Shown here one piece after another: positions 49,776 through 58,189 of a stretch of DNA of 64,000 nt; position 1 is the stretch's first letter; the number at the start of each line of letters is the position of its first letter. The notes beneath the pieces are model-generated. The model was not told where the DNA came from. It did not search any database and worked only from the letters and a program-made list of their open reading frames with translations. The position numbers and the translations under genes are program-made. Source of the stretch: Candidatus Levyibacteriota bacterium (GTDB lineage: Bacteria > Patescibacteriota > Microgenomatia > Levybacterales > UBA12049); assembly GCA_027459745.1 (NCBI GenBank), contig DAIDHL010000006.1, positions 19,578 through 83,577 of the forward strand, written 5' to 3'.

Positions 49776-52085
49776 TCAAAGAAATGTTATTTGTTTCAAT
49801 ACATCATCTAAGTTTGTTTTGCTAACAAGATAAAATTTATTTCCATTACCATTTAACTTCTCCCATAATTCACCAAGTTTAACTTTATAGGCAGTATCTT
49901 CATTAGAAAGTCTGTCTTCACCTTTATATTCTAATAACAAATAATCACCGTTTTTTGTTTTTACAATGATATCAGGATAGAATTTTCCTGACTGCCAACC
50001 TTGAAGGTAAAAATCTTCTTTTTCTCTGTTTCTATACCACCATTCAATGTTATCAATAATATCTAGTCTTGAAGCCAACTCAGTTTCTTCTCCATTCAAA
50101 TTTCCTGCCTTTTCAAATAAATGTTTATTGAAGTGTTCTTGAGAAACTCTTGCTAGAGAAATTTCTTTTTCTGGAGTAAAGTAAGCAGAATCAACAGTTA
50201 TTTCTCCTTTGTTCAATAATCCGTCAAACCGCTTTGTCGCATACTCTTGTATTATTTTTGATACTTCTTCTGCTATTCGTTCCTTTAGCCTAAATCTGTT
50301 TAGACTTAATTCTTCTACGCTATGCGTCTTGGATAAATCCTTCATAAGAAGATCAATATATCTTGCCATTTCTTCAGAAGCTATTATTGGTTTCCTCACA
50401 TTTCTTTTAAGCCAGTTAGTTACTTCTTCAAGTGAAAAATCCTCTGGGTAAAGAATTAAAGATAATTTCCCCTGTGTAATTTTGAAAAGTCCATTCTTCT
50501 CGTCAATATCAATTACAGCTTTTCTATTTTGATCTTCGTGGAAGTTGATATCAAACGGTTTGTAATATTCGTCAAGCATAAACTCATTTCCAATTAAATC
50601 TCTATTAAAGGCAAGACTGTCTGTTCTTCCTTTCAATCCAAACATAGGAATGTTAATGTTGTCATCTTTAATTACTTGTTTGTATTCTTCCTTTTCAACA
50701 ACAATTTTTCCTTTGTTTTCCTTTAAGTCCTCTCTAGAGTAGCCATGCTGTTCAAGCCCTTTAATTATTGCGTCTGAGGCTTTCCTAAAATTCTCTGAGG
50801 ATGTAAATACATAGGAGTTGTTGAGTTCTAAGTTTTTCTTTTCTACAGCATTAGGAAGACGCATAATACGTCCTATGGTTTGTTCTACCGCTATTGTAGA
50901 ACCAATGTTAGCTACTGATACTAACACGTAAGCAAATGGACAGTCCCAGCCTTCTTTTAGCGCATTAACTGTAATGATGTAGCGTATATTACATTTAGGT
51001 GATAAAAGATCAATATTACTTATTTCGTCTTGTTTGGAAGTTTTGATTGCAATTTCATTTTCTGAAATTTTAAGCTCGGAAATTAAGAATTCCTTAATTT
51101 GATCAACATAAATTTTACTCTCACTTTCCTTTTCTTGTTCTGCCTGTAGCAACATAATGGGTCTTATGTATTCTTTTGTCTCACGCTTTTCTTTTTGAGC
51201 CAGTTTTTCTAGTTCTTTTAATTGGTTTATTCCATCTCTGATTGTTTCTTGCCATTGAGAAACATTAGATAGCCAAATAGGAATCTTTACCATTTTTTGT
51301 GCTTTTAATTCTGAAGCTGAAATTTCAACTAACACATTGCTTTCTTGCCTTGGTGTGGCAGTGTATTCAATGATAAAGGAGGGGTTAAGATTTTGAAGCA
51401 TCTCAAAAGAAAGTGGGGTTTGAGCATTGTGTCCTTCATCTAATACTACAATAGGCGAATTGATTTTAATAACATTGGCAAGAGAGTAATAAATTCCTCC
51501 TTCTTCGTCTTTATCCAAAAAGTTAGTATCCTCAACAAGATTTTCAAAATGAGAAAGTAAAGCTCCATTACTCTGGAATACTTTTAGCCACAATTTGTCA
51601 TTTCTTCTGAAAGCTGCAAGACTAGAGACAACAATACAAAGGTTATTTTGTATATCTGATTTTTGAATAGAAAGAGCTTCTTCTACGGTAAAAATTTTTA
51701 TATTGTTACCAAACTGAGAATCCAGTGCTTCTCGGTATGGATGGTTTCTGTCTTTTAATGCCTTGAGTGTTTGATTACGAATTGCATCGGATGGGACAAA
51801 CCACATGACAAGTCCTGTTCCATTTTTCTCTTGTAAGTAATTATCAAGGATAACTGATAAGCTATGACAAGCAACGACTGTTTTCCCTCCACCTGTAGGA
51901 ATTTTGATACAAACAAATGGAGTTTCTTCAAGTTGTGGGATAGGTTTATATGCCTTTCCTTCTTCTCCTGCTTTATCTAAAAATGCTAGTCTTATACCTC
52001 TTGAGCCTTTAAGCGTAGAAGCGTCATTAAGGAATTGTTTTAATTCATCAAGTGCTGTTTGTTGGTAAGGTTTTAATTGGAACAT
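49776..52085 (-). CDS. res: type III restriction enzyme Res subunit (SF2 helicase + PD-(D/E)xK nuclease)
   Basis: PTGGGKT, DEGH, TATP, LKEGWD, QTIGRIMR, FYPDII...EYKG. Confidence 0.9.
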   Translation of the reverse strand: MFQLKPYQQTALDELKQFLNDASTLKGSRGIRLAFLDKAGEEGKAYKPIPQLEETPFVCIKIPTGGGKTVVACHSLSVILDNYLQEKNGTGLVMWFVPSDAIRNQTLKALKDRNHPYREALDSQFGNNIKIFTVEEALSIQKSDIQNNLCIVVSSLAAFRRNDKLWLKVFQSNGALLSHFENLVEDTNFLDKDEEGGIYYSLANVIKINSPIVVLDEGHNAQTPLSFEMLQNLNPSFIIEYTATPRQESNVLVEISASELKAQKMVKIPIWLSNVSQWQETIRDGINQLKELEKLAQKEKRETKEYIRPIMLLQAEQEKESESKIYVDQIKEFLISELKISENEIAIKTSKQDEISNIDLLSPKCNIRYIITVNALKEGWDCPFAYVLVSVANIGSTIAVEQTIGRIMRLPNAVEKKNLELNNSYVFTSSENFRKASDAIIKGLEQHGYSREDLKENKGKIVVEKEEYKQVIKDDNINIPMFGLKGRTDSLAFNRDLIGNEFMLDEYYKPFDINFHEDQNRKAVIDIDEKNGLFKITQGKLSLILYPEDFSLEEVTNWLKRNVRKPIIASEEMARYIDLLMKDLSKTHSVEELSLNRFRLKERIAEEVSKIIQEYATKRFDGLLNKGEITVDSAYFTPEKEISLARVSQEHFNKHLFEKAGNLNGEETELASRLDIIDNIEWWYRNREKEDFYLQGWQSGKFYPDIIVKTKNGDYLLLEYKGEDRLSNEDTAYKVKLGELWEKLNGNGNKFYLVSKTNLDDVLKQITFL

Positions 52086-52086
52086 A

Positions 52087-53715
52087 TTAGAATTTCTTTA
52101 GCTCGTAAGGAATTTGCTTAAAGATAATATTGTTTTTCAAGCAAAATTCTTCATCCAATAGGCACTTATCTGCATAAATTACTTTAATCCCATCTTGAGC
52201 AAGCATAGGTTTCACTGATTTATCATCCAAGACATTTTTACCATTACTTGAGAATAAGAGAAAGTAATGACTTTGTCCCATACTCCCAAGATATGGATTT
52301 TTAATAGAGGTTAAATCAAGGTAGTCATGAGTCTCGGTAAAGTAAATGTATGAGGCTAAATCTTCATATTGAGAGTTTGGATTAATAAAACCACTATTAT
52401 CAAAAAGTTCTCCATTTAATTCAAGATATTGAAAACCTTGTCCTGTTCCATCTGGATATTTTGCTCCTTCATAACCTTCAATGACTTTTTGCAATCTCTT
52501 TGCGGTGACGTTTCTCGCGATATTCTTTTCAAGCTCAATAAGAATAAATCTTCTGTTACCACCATCCTCATTATTTGATTCAAGAACAGCTTGACCTGTT
52601 GTGCCAGAGCCAGCAAAAGAGTCTAAGTATATTCCATCCGGATCCCCCATGAGTTGAATAACTTTGTTTATCAATCCTACTGGTTTGGGAAATGGAAATT
52701 GTTCTCTTAAACCCATGAACCGAAGTTGTGTAGTTCCTTGCTCAGTTATTACCTCCGTTTCATCCCATATAGTCTTAGCACTTACATTAGCATTTCTATA
52801 TTTCTCAAATATTCTCCACTCTCCCGTTTGTTTTTGCTTAGCATAGATAACATCTGTTGACTCATTTTTAGTATTTTCATTTAATTTTTTACCACTCCAC
52901 CTCCAGCAACTTTCTTCATTTCTACTATTAAGTGGTAAAACTTCAACGCTAAACTCCTTACTCTTTTCATTAGATACTGGTGAAAATCCATTTTCATCTT
53001 TCTTTTGAGGGTTTACATAGATTGGATAATAGAGATTGGGTCGGTTAAATCGTCCAAATTTTGGATTACGATTTCTTAACTCTCTACTAGAAAAATCCCC
53101 GATCCTATCTTTTTCAGGCAAATGCCCTTCATCTGCATTTAATTGGTATAATTTTGTCTTGTTAGTTTTTGAATAACAAAGGAGATATTCATGTGTTTTT
53201 GCTAATTGCTTAAAGGTATGACCACGTTTATTTGATTGAACAATTATTTGAGCTTGGAAATTATTTTCTCCGAAAATTTCATCCAAAATTAATCTTAGAT
53301 AATGAACCTCATTGTCATCAATTGAAACAAAAATTGCTCCATCATCAGAGAGAAGTTCATATAGAAGTTTTAGACGTGGATACATCATGCAAAGCCATTT
53401 ATCATGTCTACACAAATCTTCACCTTCTGCGCCAACGACCTCATTAAGCCATGCTCTAATTTGAGGTGAATTTACCTTGTCATTGTAAACCCATTCTTCA
53501 TTTCCAGTATTGTAGGGGGGATCAATATAAACGCATTTGACTTTGTTGTAATAAAAGGGCATCAATGCTTTGAGAGCCTCAAGGTTATCTCCTTCAATTA
53601 GGAGATTCTCAGAACCATCAACAGATAACGCTTTATTTGGTTTTAACACTCTAAATGGCAGGTCTTTATCGTGGTTTTCTACCTTATCTTTTCCAATCCA
53701 TGTAAATTGTGGCAT
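52087..53715 (-). CDS. mod: type III R-M Mod subunit, N6-adenine DNA methyltransferase
   Basis: EGDNLEAL, YIDPPYNTG, FPKP, DSFAGSGTTG. Confidence 0.93.
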   Translation of the reverse strand: MPQFTWIGKDKVENHDKDLPFRVLKPNKALSVDGSENLLIEGDNLEALKALMPFYYNKVKCVYIDPPYNTGNEEWVYNDKVNSPQIRAWLNEVVGAEGEDLCRHDKWLCMMYPRLKLLYELLSDDGAIFVSIDDNEVHYLRLILDEIFGENNFQAQIIVQSNKRGHTFKQLAKTHEYLLCYSKTNKTKLYQLNADEGHLPEKDRIGDFSSRELRNRNPKFGRFNRPNLYYPIYVNPQKKDENGFSPVSNEKSKEFSVEVLPLNSRNEESCWRWSGKKLNENTKNESTDVIYAKQKQTGEWRIFEKYRNANVSAKTIWDETEVITEQGTTQLRFMGLREQFPFPKPVGLINKVIQLMGDPDGIYLDSFAGSGTTGQAVLESNNEDGGNRRFILIELEKNIARNVTAKRLQKVIEGYEGAKYPDGTGQGFQYLELNGELFDNSGFINPNSQYEDLASYIYFTETHDYLDLTSIKNPYLGSMGQSHYFLLFSSNGKNVLDDKSVKPMLAQDGIKVIYADKCLLDEEFCLKNNIIFKQIPYELKKF

Positions 53716-53773
53716 AATTACCTTTTCATCTTACCACAGGAATAATTATCTTCAAAGAGGAAACTCTAAGGTC

Positions 53774-53998
53774 TTAGACTGTCGAAGGGTAAAGAGCATC
53801 AACAGGTACTTCCAAAGCCTTGGCTATACGATATAGCGTATAACTGGAAGGAGTACGCTTGGCTACTTCAATCAAGTTGATATATGTGCGGTAGAATTGG
53901 CATTTACTTGCCAGTTCTTCTTGTGACAACCCTTTTTTTGTTCGAGCTTTCTTGATGTTATCTCCAATAATCTCTGTGAACTTCTGTTTGCTAAGCAT
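53774..53998 (-). CDS. XRE-family HTH regulator, R-M controller (C protein)-like
   Basis: IGDNIKKAR..LSQEELA..RTYINLIE..R.PS..L..IA.AL; upstream of and co-oriented with mod-res. Confidence 0.85.
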   Translation of the reverse strand: MLSKQKFTEIIGDNIKKARTKKGLSQEELASKCQFYRTYINLIEVAKRTPSSYTLYRIAKALEVPVDALYPSTV

Positions 53999-54021
53999 GC
54001 TTCCATTGTCAGAAATAATCG

Positions 54022-54047
54022 CACTATTGTACAACGCACTATTAGTC
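54022..54047 (-). promoter_or_regulatory. C-box-like operator
   Basis: Minus strand GACT-AAT-AGTG-CGTT-GTAC-AAT-AGTG; CGCACTATT repeated with 15-bp period (54020, 54035). Confidence 0.6.
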
Positions 54048-54100
54048 AGTTTGTATCTTGATTTTCTTGTTAAACCAATTTATTATGAAAAGTAAGAGGT

Positions 54101-54718
54101 ATGAGACCTGAATCAATTTATAGACCGATTTATCTTTGGTTAAGCAATCAGCCAAAGTGGTTGCAGATTGGTGTTCCCCTAGTTGTTTTAGTATTATCGT
54201 TTATTGTTCTTCAATGGTTTGGATTGATAGTCATGGCTGCTGTTTTAGTCTTTACGTTTGTCTATGGACGCAAAGACCCTGATGTCAGTAGGCGCTTTAC
54301 GATTAAATACATCACAGGTTTGTCAAAGTTTTCAAAACCAATGAGCAATATGGCTCTATATATTGATGAAGATGGATTACGCTTCAAATATCCATTACGA
54401 GGCGAGGTAAAAGTTGCTTACGACACAATCAGTAAGATGGAAGCTGAAACAAAAACACAAATTACCAGAACCGCAAGTATGCTCAAGGGTGCAGTTGGAT
54501 TAGCTCTTGCTGGTCCCTTGGGAGCCATGATAGGTATGGGCATAGGTAGTAAACATGACGATTCACAATATTTTGTTACGGTGGTTTACAAAGATGAACT
54601 AGGAGAAGATAACCTTATTGTTTTGCAACAAAGTGGGATGATGTCCGCAAATGCGTATGAGGTTGTATCCGCTATGAAAGAGGCAAGGAAAAGGTATATA
54701 CTCTCACATAAAAATTAG
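54101..54718 (+). CDS. membrane protein with PH-like beta domain
   Basis: Two N-terminal TM helices, GAVGLALAGPLGAMIG glycine-zipper segment. Confidence 0.55.
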   Translation: MRPESIYRPIYLWLSNQPKWLQIGVPLVVLVLSFIVLQWFGLIVMAAVLVFTFVYGRKDPDVSRRFTIKYITGLSKFSKPMSNMALYIDEDGLRFKYPLRGEVKVAYDTISKMEAETKTQITRTASMLKGAVGLALAGPLGAMIGMGIGSKHDDSQYFVTVVYKDELGEDNLIVLQQSGMMSANAYEVVSAMKEARKRYILSHKN

Positions 54719-54719
54719 T

Positions 54720-54923
54720 TTGCTTATGGATAGTGCTTTGTATTTGGCTGCAAAAAATATATTCAAAGATGAAGTTTCTATTAGCACCGCTACACTTCAA
54801 CGATATTTCCAGGTTCCATATTACCAAGCCCGAGTAGTTTTAGATAGCCTCATTCGAATTGGATTTTGTGAGGAACAAGTTGGAAGTAAGCCTTGTCGGG
54901 TTATATCAAATGAAAAAAACTAA
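54720..54923 (+). CDS. stand-alone FtsK gamma-like winged-helix protein
   Basis: LY..A......IST..LQR.F...Y.QA...LD.L...G......GSKP.RV matches the FtsK gamma pattern. Confidence 0.7.
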   Translation: MLMDSALYLAAKNIFKDEVSISTATLQRYFQVPYYQARVVLDSLIRIGFCEEQVGSKPCRVISNEKN

Positions 54924-55056
54924 GAAAGAAGTAGATAAAGAGGTTGATTTGTTTGCAGAACAATTCGCAAGGTTGCTTATCGAACAAGTTAGGTGGAAAA
55001 GAAACAATGGATTGGCTAACACCACAACTAAGAAAAAAAGTAAGGGAAGTCTTTGA
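54910..55056 (+). CDS. small hypothetical protein
   Basis: MKKTKKEVDKEVDLFAEQFARLLIEQV..., overlaps its neighbours in operon fashion. Confidence 0.5.
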   Translation: MKKTKKEVDKEVDLFAEQFARLLIEQVRWKRNNGLANTTTKKKSKGSL

Positions 55057-55306
55057 GCCACGGTATAAACGGAAGTTAACTGAAGCTGAGGTTGAAGAAA
55101 TCGCAGATAATTTAAGCGAAGTGGTTGAAGTTATTCTCAATTCAAATGGAGGCAAAAATATAGCAATGACAATACTGGAGGCAAGAAAGAAGCTAGGGGA
55201 AAAAGCAGATAAGTACACAGATGTCCAGCTTCAGAAAATAATAAATATGCTTACAATTTTGTGTAGTAAAACAATTGATTTAGTTATAGAAAAAACAGAA
55301 AAATAA
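55007..55306 (+). CDS. small helical protein(s); possible second in-frame start at 55166
   Basis: RBS AGGTGG before ATG 55007 and GGAGG before ATG 55166; N-half resembles the 49-aa ORF at 44336-44485. Confidence 0.55.
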   Translation: MDWLTPQLRKKVREVFEPRYKRKLTEAEVEEIADNLSEVVEVILNSNGGKNIAMTILEARKKLGEKADKYTDVQLQKIINMLTILCSKTIDLVIEKTEK

Positions 55307-55373
55307 CAGGGTTCTCATAAAACTTGTGTCCTTACGTAGGTATTCATGCAAGGAAGTGAACTCACCCGCAAAG

Positions 55374-55405
55374 AAAACCGAGGTTCTAGCCGATCTCGGT
55401 TTTTT
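55374..55405. terminator. intrinsic, probably bidirectional terminator
   Basis: AAAACCGAG-N12-CTCGGTTTTTT between convergent genes. Confidence 0.65.
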
Positions 55406-55511
55406 GTTTGAGTACCCTCTTAAAAATACGAACGCCTTGGATTCTGGTTGCTCCGTAGAAGTACGTTTTAGCAATTAGGATAATATGAGTGGTTTGAGGA
55501 TAAAAAGGCTT

Positions 55512-56096
55512 TTACAAGCTATCCTGAGCTGTTTGGCTACTTTGTCTTTTCGCTTCTTGCTCTTTCAACCATTCTGCTTCTTCCTCCGCAGTTTGAATAA
55601 TCCTGTATGGAGGTAAGGGCTGCCCATTAGCCCAAGTCATGTGAACTGGTGGTTTTGGTTGTGTGCCTATGTTTACAACAGTATTTTGAACTTGTTCTGG
55701 TTTATCAAATGGAATTCCAAGTCCAAGCGCTTCTAAGCGTAACCCTTCTACTAAGTAGCTGAGAACATCTTTTGCGCTTTGGGGTTCTAGTCCTTCCTCT
55801 GCGAGTAGACGCAGGGCTTTGCTTGAAATTAGCCTACCTACATCCAATTGTTTTTTGCGGTAAATGGTTACATCATTAATAGCTTCTTTTTGTATGCGCT
55901 TATATATTCCTTGAAGCACCTCCGCACGTTTTCGTGGCCATCCGTCCCTGTACCCCTTGTACTCAATTAGCCTCAATTGAATATTGTGCTTTTCTGCGAG
56001 TTTCTGGTAAGACATTTTCTCGTCCGTAACGTAATCATAAAAGATTTGATTCCAGTCAATTTGTTGTTCGGTGGTAGAATTTTCCATTCTACCCAT
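55512..56096 (-). CDS. terminase small subunit-like HTH protein
   Basis: IDWNQIFYDYVT..MSYQKLAEKHNI......GYRDGWPRKR N-terminal HTH pattern, helical middle, extended C-terminus. Confidence 0.6.
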   Translation of the reverse strand: MGRMENSTTEQQIDWNQIFYDYVTDEKMSYQKLAEKHNIQLRLIEYKGYRDGWPRKRAEVLQGIYKRIQKEAINDVTIYRKKQLDVGRLISSKALRLLAEEGLEPQSAKDVLSYLVEGLRLEALGLGIPFDKPEQVQNTVVNIGTQPKPPVHMTWANGQPLPPYRIIQTAEEEAEWLKEQEAKRQSSQTAQDSL

Positions 56097-56219
56097 ATTT
56101 TACCCCTAAGTTGTCAAGTTTTTTTAATGTCTAAGACCTTAGAGTTTTTATATACCAGACATATAAATTAAACTTTTCATCACTGGCTCCTAATTGTGAT
56201 TAAGAACCAGAGTCAAAAG

Positions 56220-56534
56220 CTAATTTTTAGAATTAACTTTGAGACTGTAAATGTCTAGTTCATCAGTCTCGATATCATGTTTTTTATTCATTTCATCCCA
56301 TGCTTGTTCAACCTCTTGGGATAGAGCTTCTGCCACCCTTACTTCAAGAATTAGCATTTGGTAATCAAATAGTGTATCTGTACTGACTTTGTGTGCCTCC
56401 GTTTTTTTCAGTTCTTTTATGAGAGCGAGCTTTGCTTCATGACAATATGCTTTGTGATTTTTGACATATTCGTTTAATGCATCATCAACTGTTTCTAGCT
56501 CACATTCGTCAAGATTGCTAAATTTGTTTTGCAT
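56220..56534 (-). CDS. hypothetical acidic helical protein
   Basis: 104-aa ORF with RBS AAAGGGGGTGA, overlapping the rep end. Confidence 0.6.
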   Translation of the reverse strand: MQNKFSNLDECELETVDDALNEYVKNHKAYCHEAKLALIKELKKTEAHKVSTDTLFDYQMLILEVRVAEALSQEVEQAWDEMNKKHDIETDELDIYSLKVNSKN

Positions 56535-57694
56535 TGTTTCTCACCCCCTTTCTCAGAATTTTGAATTTGTGTATTTTCATGCGAGGTTACATAACCCATT
56601 GCAGTCTTTGTTTTTATTTCAGGTTCAAGATTGTCGTAATATCTAATCATTTCTGTTCGAAAATCATCACCTCTACCTAATTCATTACGAGTTTTCTCAA
56701 GATTACGAAGAAACAATTCTTTTGATCCAGTTTTTATGCAACGTCTAGCAACTCCTTTTAATTGACGTATTTTGTATTCTTCTTCAACCTTACGTTTACT
56801 CTCCCACCATTTCTTAATTCCTTCGGGAGTATTTTCAACCTTACCATTATCAATAGCCCACTGTAGTTGAATTTCTGCTGTTGATTTTTGGTGTATGATT
56901 TTTTCAACCTCTCCGTTTTGAATACCAGTTTTCACGAATGATTCAATCGCTGCTTTATAATCTGAATACTTTTTGCCATTTGCCCGACAATATAATTCCA
57001 GTTCATCCTTCTTTTTTATCACTGCATTTAATGAGACACTAAGCCTTGTAGCAATTTCTTCTAAATCGTCCTCCTGTATTTGTTCAAGTTGTGAATATTT
57101 TCTGATACCCCTCACTACTTTTGATGTATTAATTACTTTAGCTTTTGGGTTTACTTCTGAGGTTGGTTTCACTCCAATGCTAGGAATGACATTACTTATA
57201 GGATGGTTATCAGTAAAAAAATTATTTGGCTTTTTTGTATTTAAGTTACTATCTTTAGTATTTGTATTCGGAAACTCCATGCTCTGGTTATCAGGGGTAT
57301 TGGATTGTAAATCACCACTATCCGGATTTTCAGGTGTATGGTTTTGATTAGGGTAAAAATAATTGACCTTAATGTAATGTCCCACTATTCTCCCATGTTT
57401 GTCCTTTCTGGTCACAGACTCTATAAATCCTTCTTTCAAAAGAACTTCTTTTGCCAAGCCAAATTTGTCTTTTCCCCATCCAAGTCCTTTTCGACAGTAT
57501 GTATCGGTTGCATGGATATTGTCTCTGTGTCCATATTTTTGTGATTGCCATAATGCAGTAAGGTAATAGTGGTTGTACAACTGTGTAGCATTAGCGCCAA
57601 GTTTGTGGAGCCGAATGAAAGTAGCCATAGGTATGGATACAGTATTTTGGTTAATTACATTAAATTGTTCAATAATGTCATCATTCTGTTTCAT
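56495..57694 (-). CDS. phage-type replication initiator-like protein
   Basis: N-terminal wHTH-like region (LY..Y...T..Y..K.LGWG...F...K..L...GFI), low-complexity N/P/T linker, C-terminal YC.ANGKKYSDY.AAI segment; RBS GGGAGG before ATG 57694. Confidence 0.6.
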   Translation of the reverse strand: MKQNDDIIEQFNVINQNTVSIPMATFIRLHKLGANATQLYNHYYLTALWQSQKYGHRDNIHATDTYCRKGLGWGKDKFGLAKEVLLKEGFIESVTRKDKHGRIVGHYIKVNYFYPNQNHTPENPDSGDLQSNTPDNQSMEFPNTNTKDSNLNTKKPNNFFTDNHPISNVIPSIGVKPTSEVNPKAKVINTSKVVRGIRKYSQLEQIQEDDLEEIATRLSVSLNAVIKKKDELELYCRANGKKYSDYKAAIESFVKTGIQNGEVEKIIHQKSTAEIQLQWAIDNGKVENTPEGIKKWWESKRKVEEEYKIRQLKGVARRCIKTGSKELFLRNLEKTRNELGRGDDFRTEMIRYYDNLEPEIKTKTAMGYVTSHENTQIQNSEKGGEKQCKTNLAILTNVS

Positions 57695-57713
57695 ATAGAG
57701 CCTCCCTTCATAC

Positions 57714-57922
57714 AAAAAAAGCGATACCAACTACTTCAGTTGATACCGCCGGGCGATTACTCGCTTCATCGGATTTGTGTTGTATTAGCTTGCCATAAAA
57801 AAATCCGCTTTGTGCTAGCTCTTAGGGAAGGCTCTGTGGTTAGCCAAGAGCAAGCACGAAACGGACTTTTACCACAGCTATTACCCTAATCTATTTATAA
57901 ATTAAATTTATTCGAATGTCAA
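57714..57922 (-). promoter_or_regulatory. rep promoter and leader with two tandem terminators and an alternative pairing
   Basis: Minus-strand TTGACA at 57922-57917; hairpin arms 57846-57865/57804-57823 + U7; second hairpin 57721-57749 + U7. Confidence 0.65.
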
Positions 57923-58039
57923 CGATTAGATTGATATAGCAACATAATCGTTAATAATATTATTAACTAAAATTATGAATCGAAATTATATATTGAAATA
58001 TAATTGGTAACGCAGTAGTATGATTTGATAGTAGGGGTT

Positions 58040-58112
58040 TCATAATACAGGTATGGCGTATTGGAAATTCGTTTCCTTTACAGCGGTTCTAAAATCCTGT
58101 ATCCAAGTACCC
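58040..58112 (-). other. putative right attachment site carrying the detached integrase 3' end
   Basis: Minus strand after core GGGT reads ACT TGG ATA CAG GAT TTT AGA ACC ... TTA TGA (TWIQDFRTAVKETNFQYAIPVL*), in frame with integrase ...NPIWG when joined at ACCC. Confidence 0.65.
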
Positions 58113-58189
58113 ACTTTTTTAAATATTATCGGATCAATTATCTTCATTTCTTACACGTTTTTGGTACAATTTGTATTAATATTAGCCTG

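Larger units (their letters stand above)
42660..58112. mobile_element. integrated ~15.45-kb satellite-like defence island at tRNA-His
   Basis: Integrase at the left end; shared ACCC core at 42660-42663 and 58109-58112; housekeeping genes resume at nadD; cargo of CBASS, type III R-M, HEPN-like genes, Rep-like and TerS-like genes. Confidence 0.8.

Noticed and set aside
42660-58112. Complete prophage or conjugative element
   Set aside because: No recognisable capsid, portal, TerL, tail, lysin, relaxase or T4SS genes.
42662-58113. Alternative crossover core CCCA (42662-42665 / 58110-58113)
   Set aside because: It would keep an encoded CCA but gives the short tail WVLGYRILEPL*. ACCC is preferred because it gives a longer W...DFRT tail and the other four tRNAs here lack encoded CCA. 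Not formally excluded without junction reads.
58061-58189. N-terminal extension of nadD
   Set aside because: Homology starts at MKIALFGG (58190); the extension crosses the inferred island boundary.
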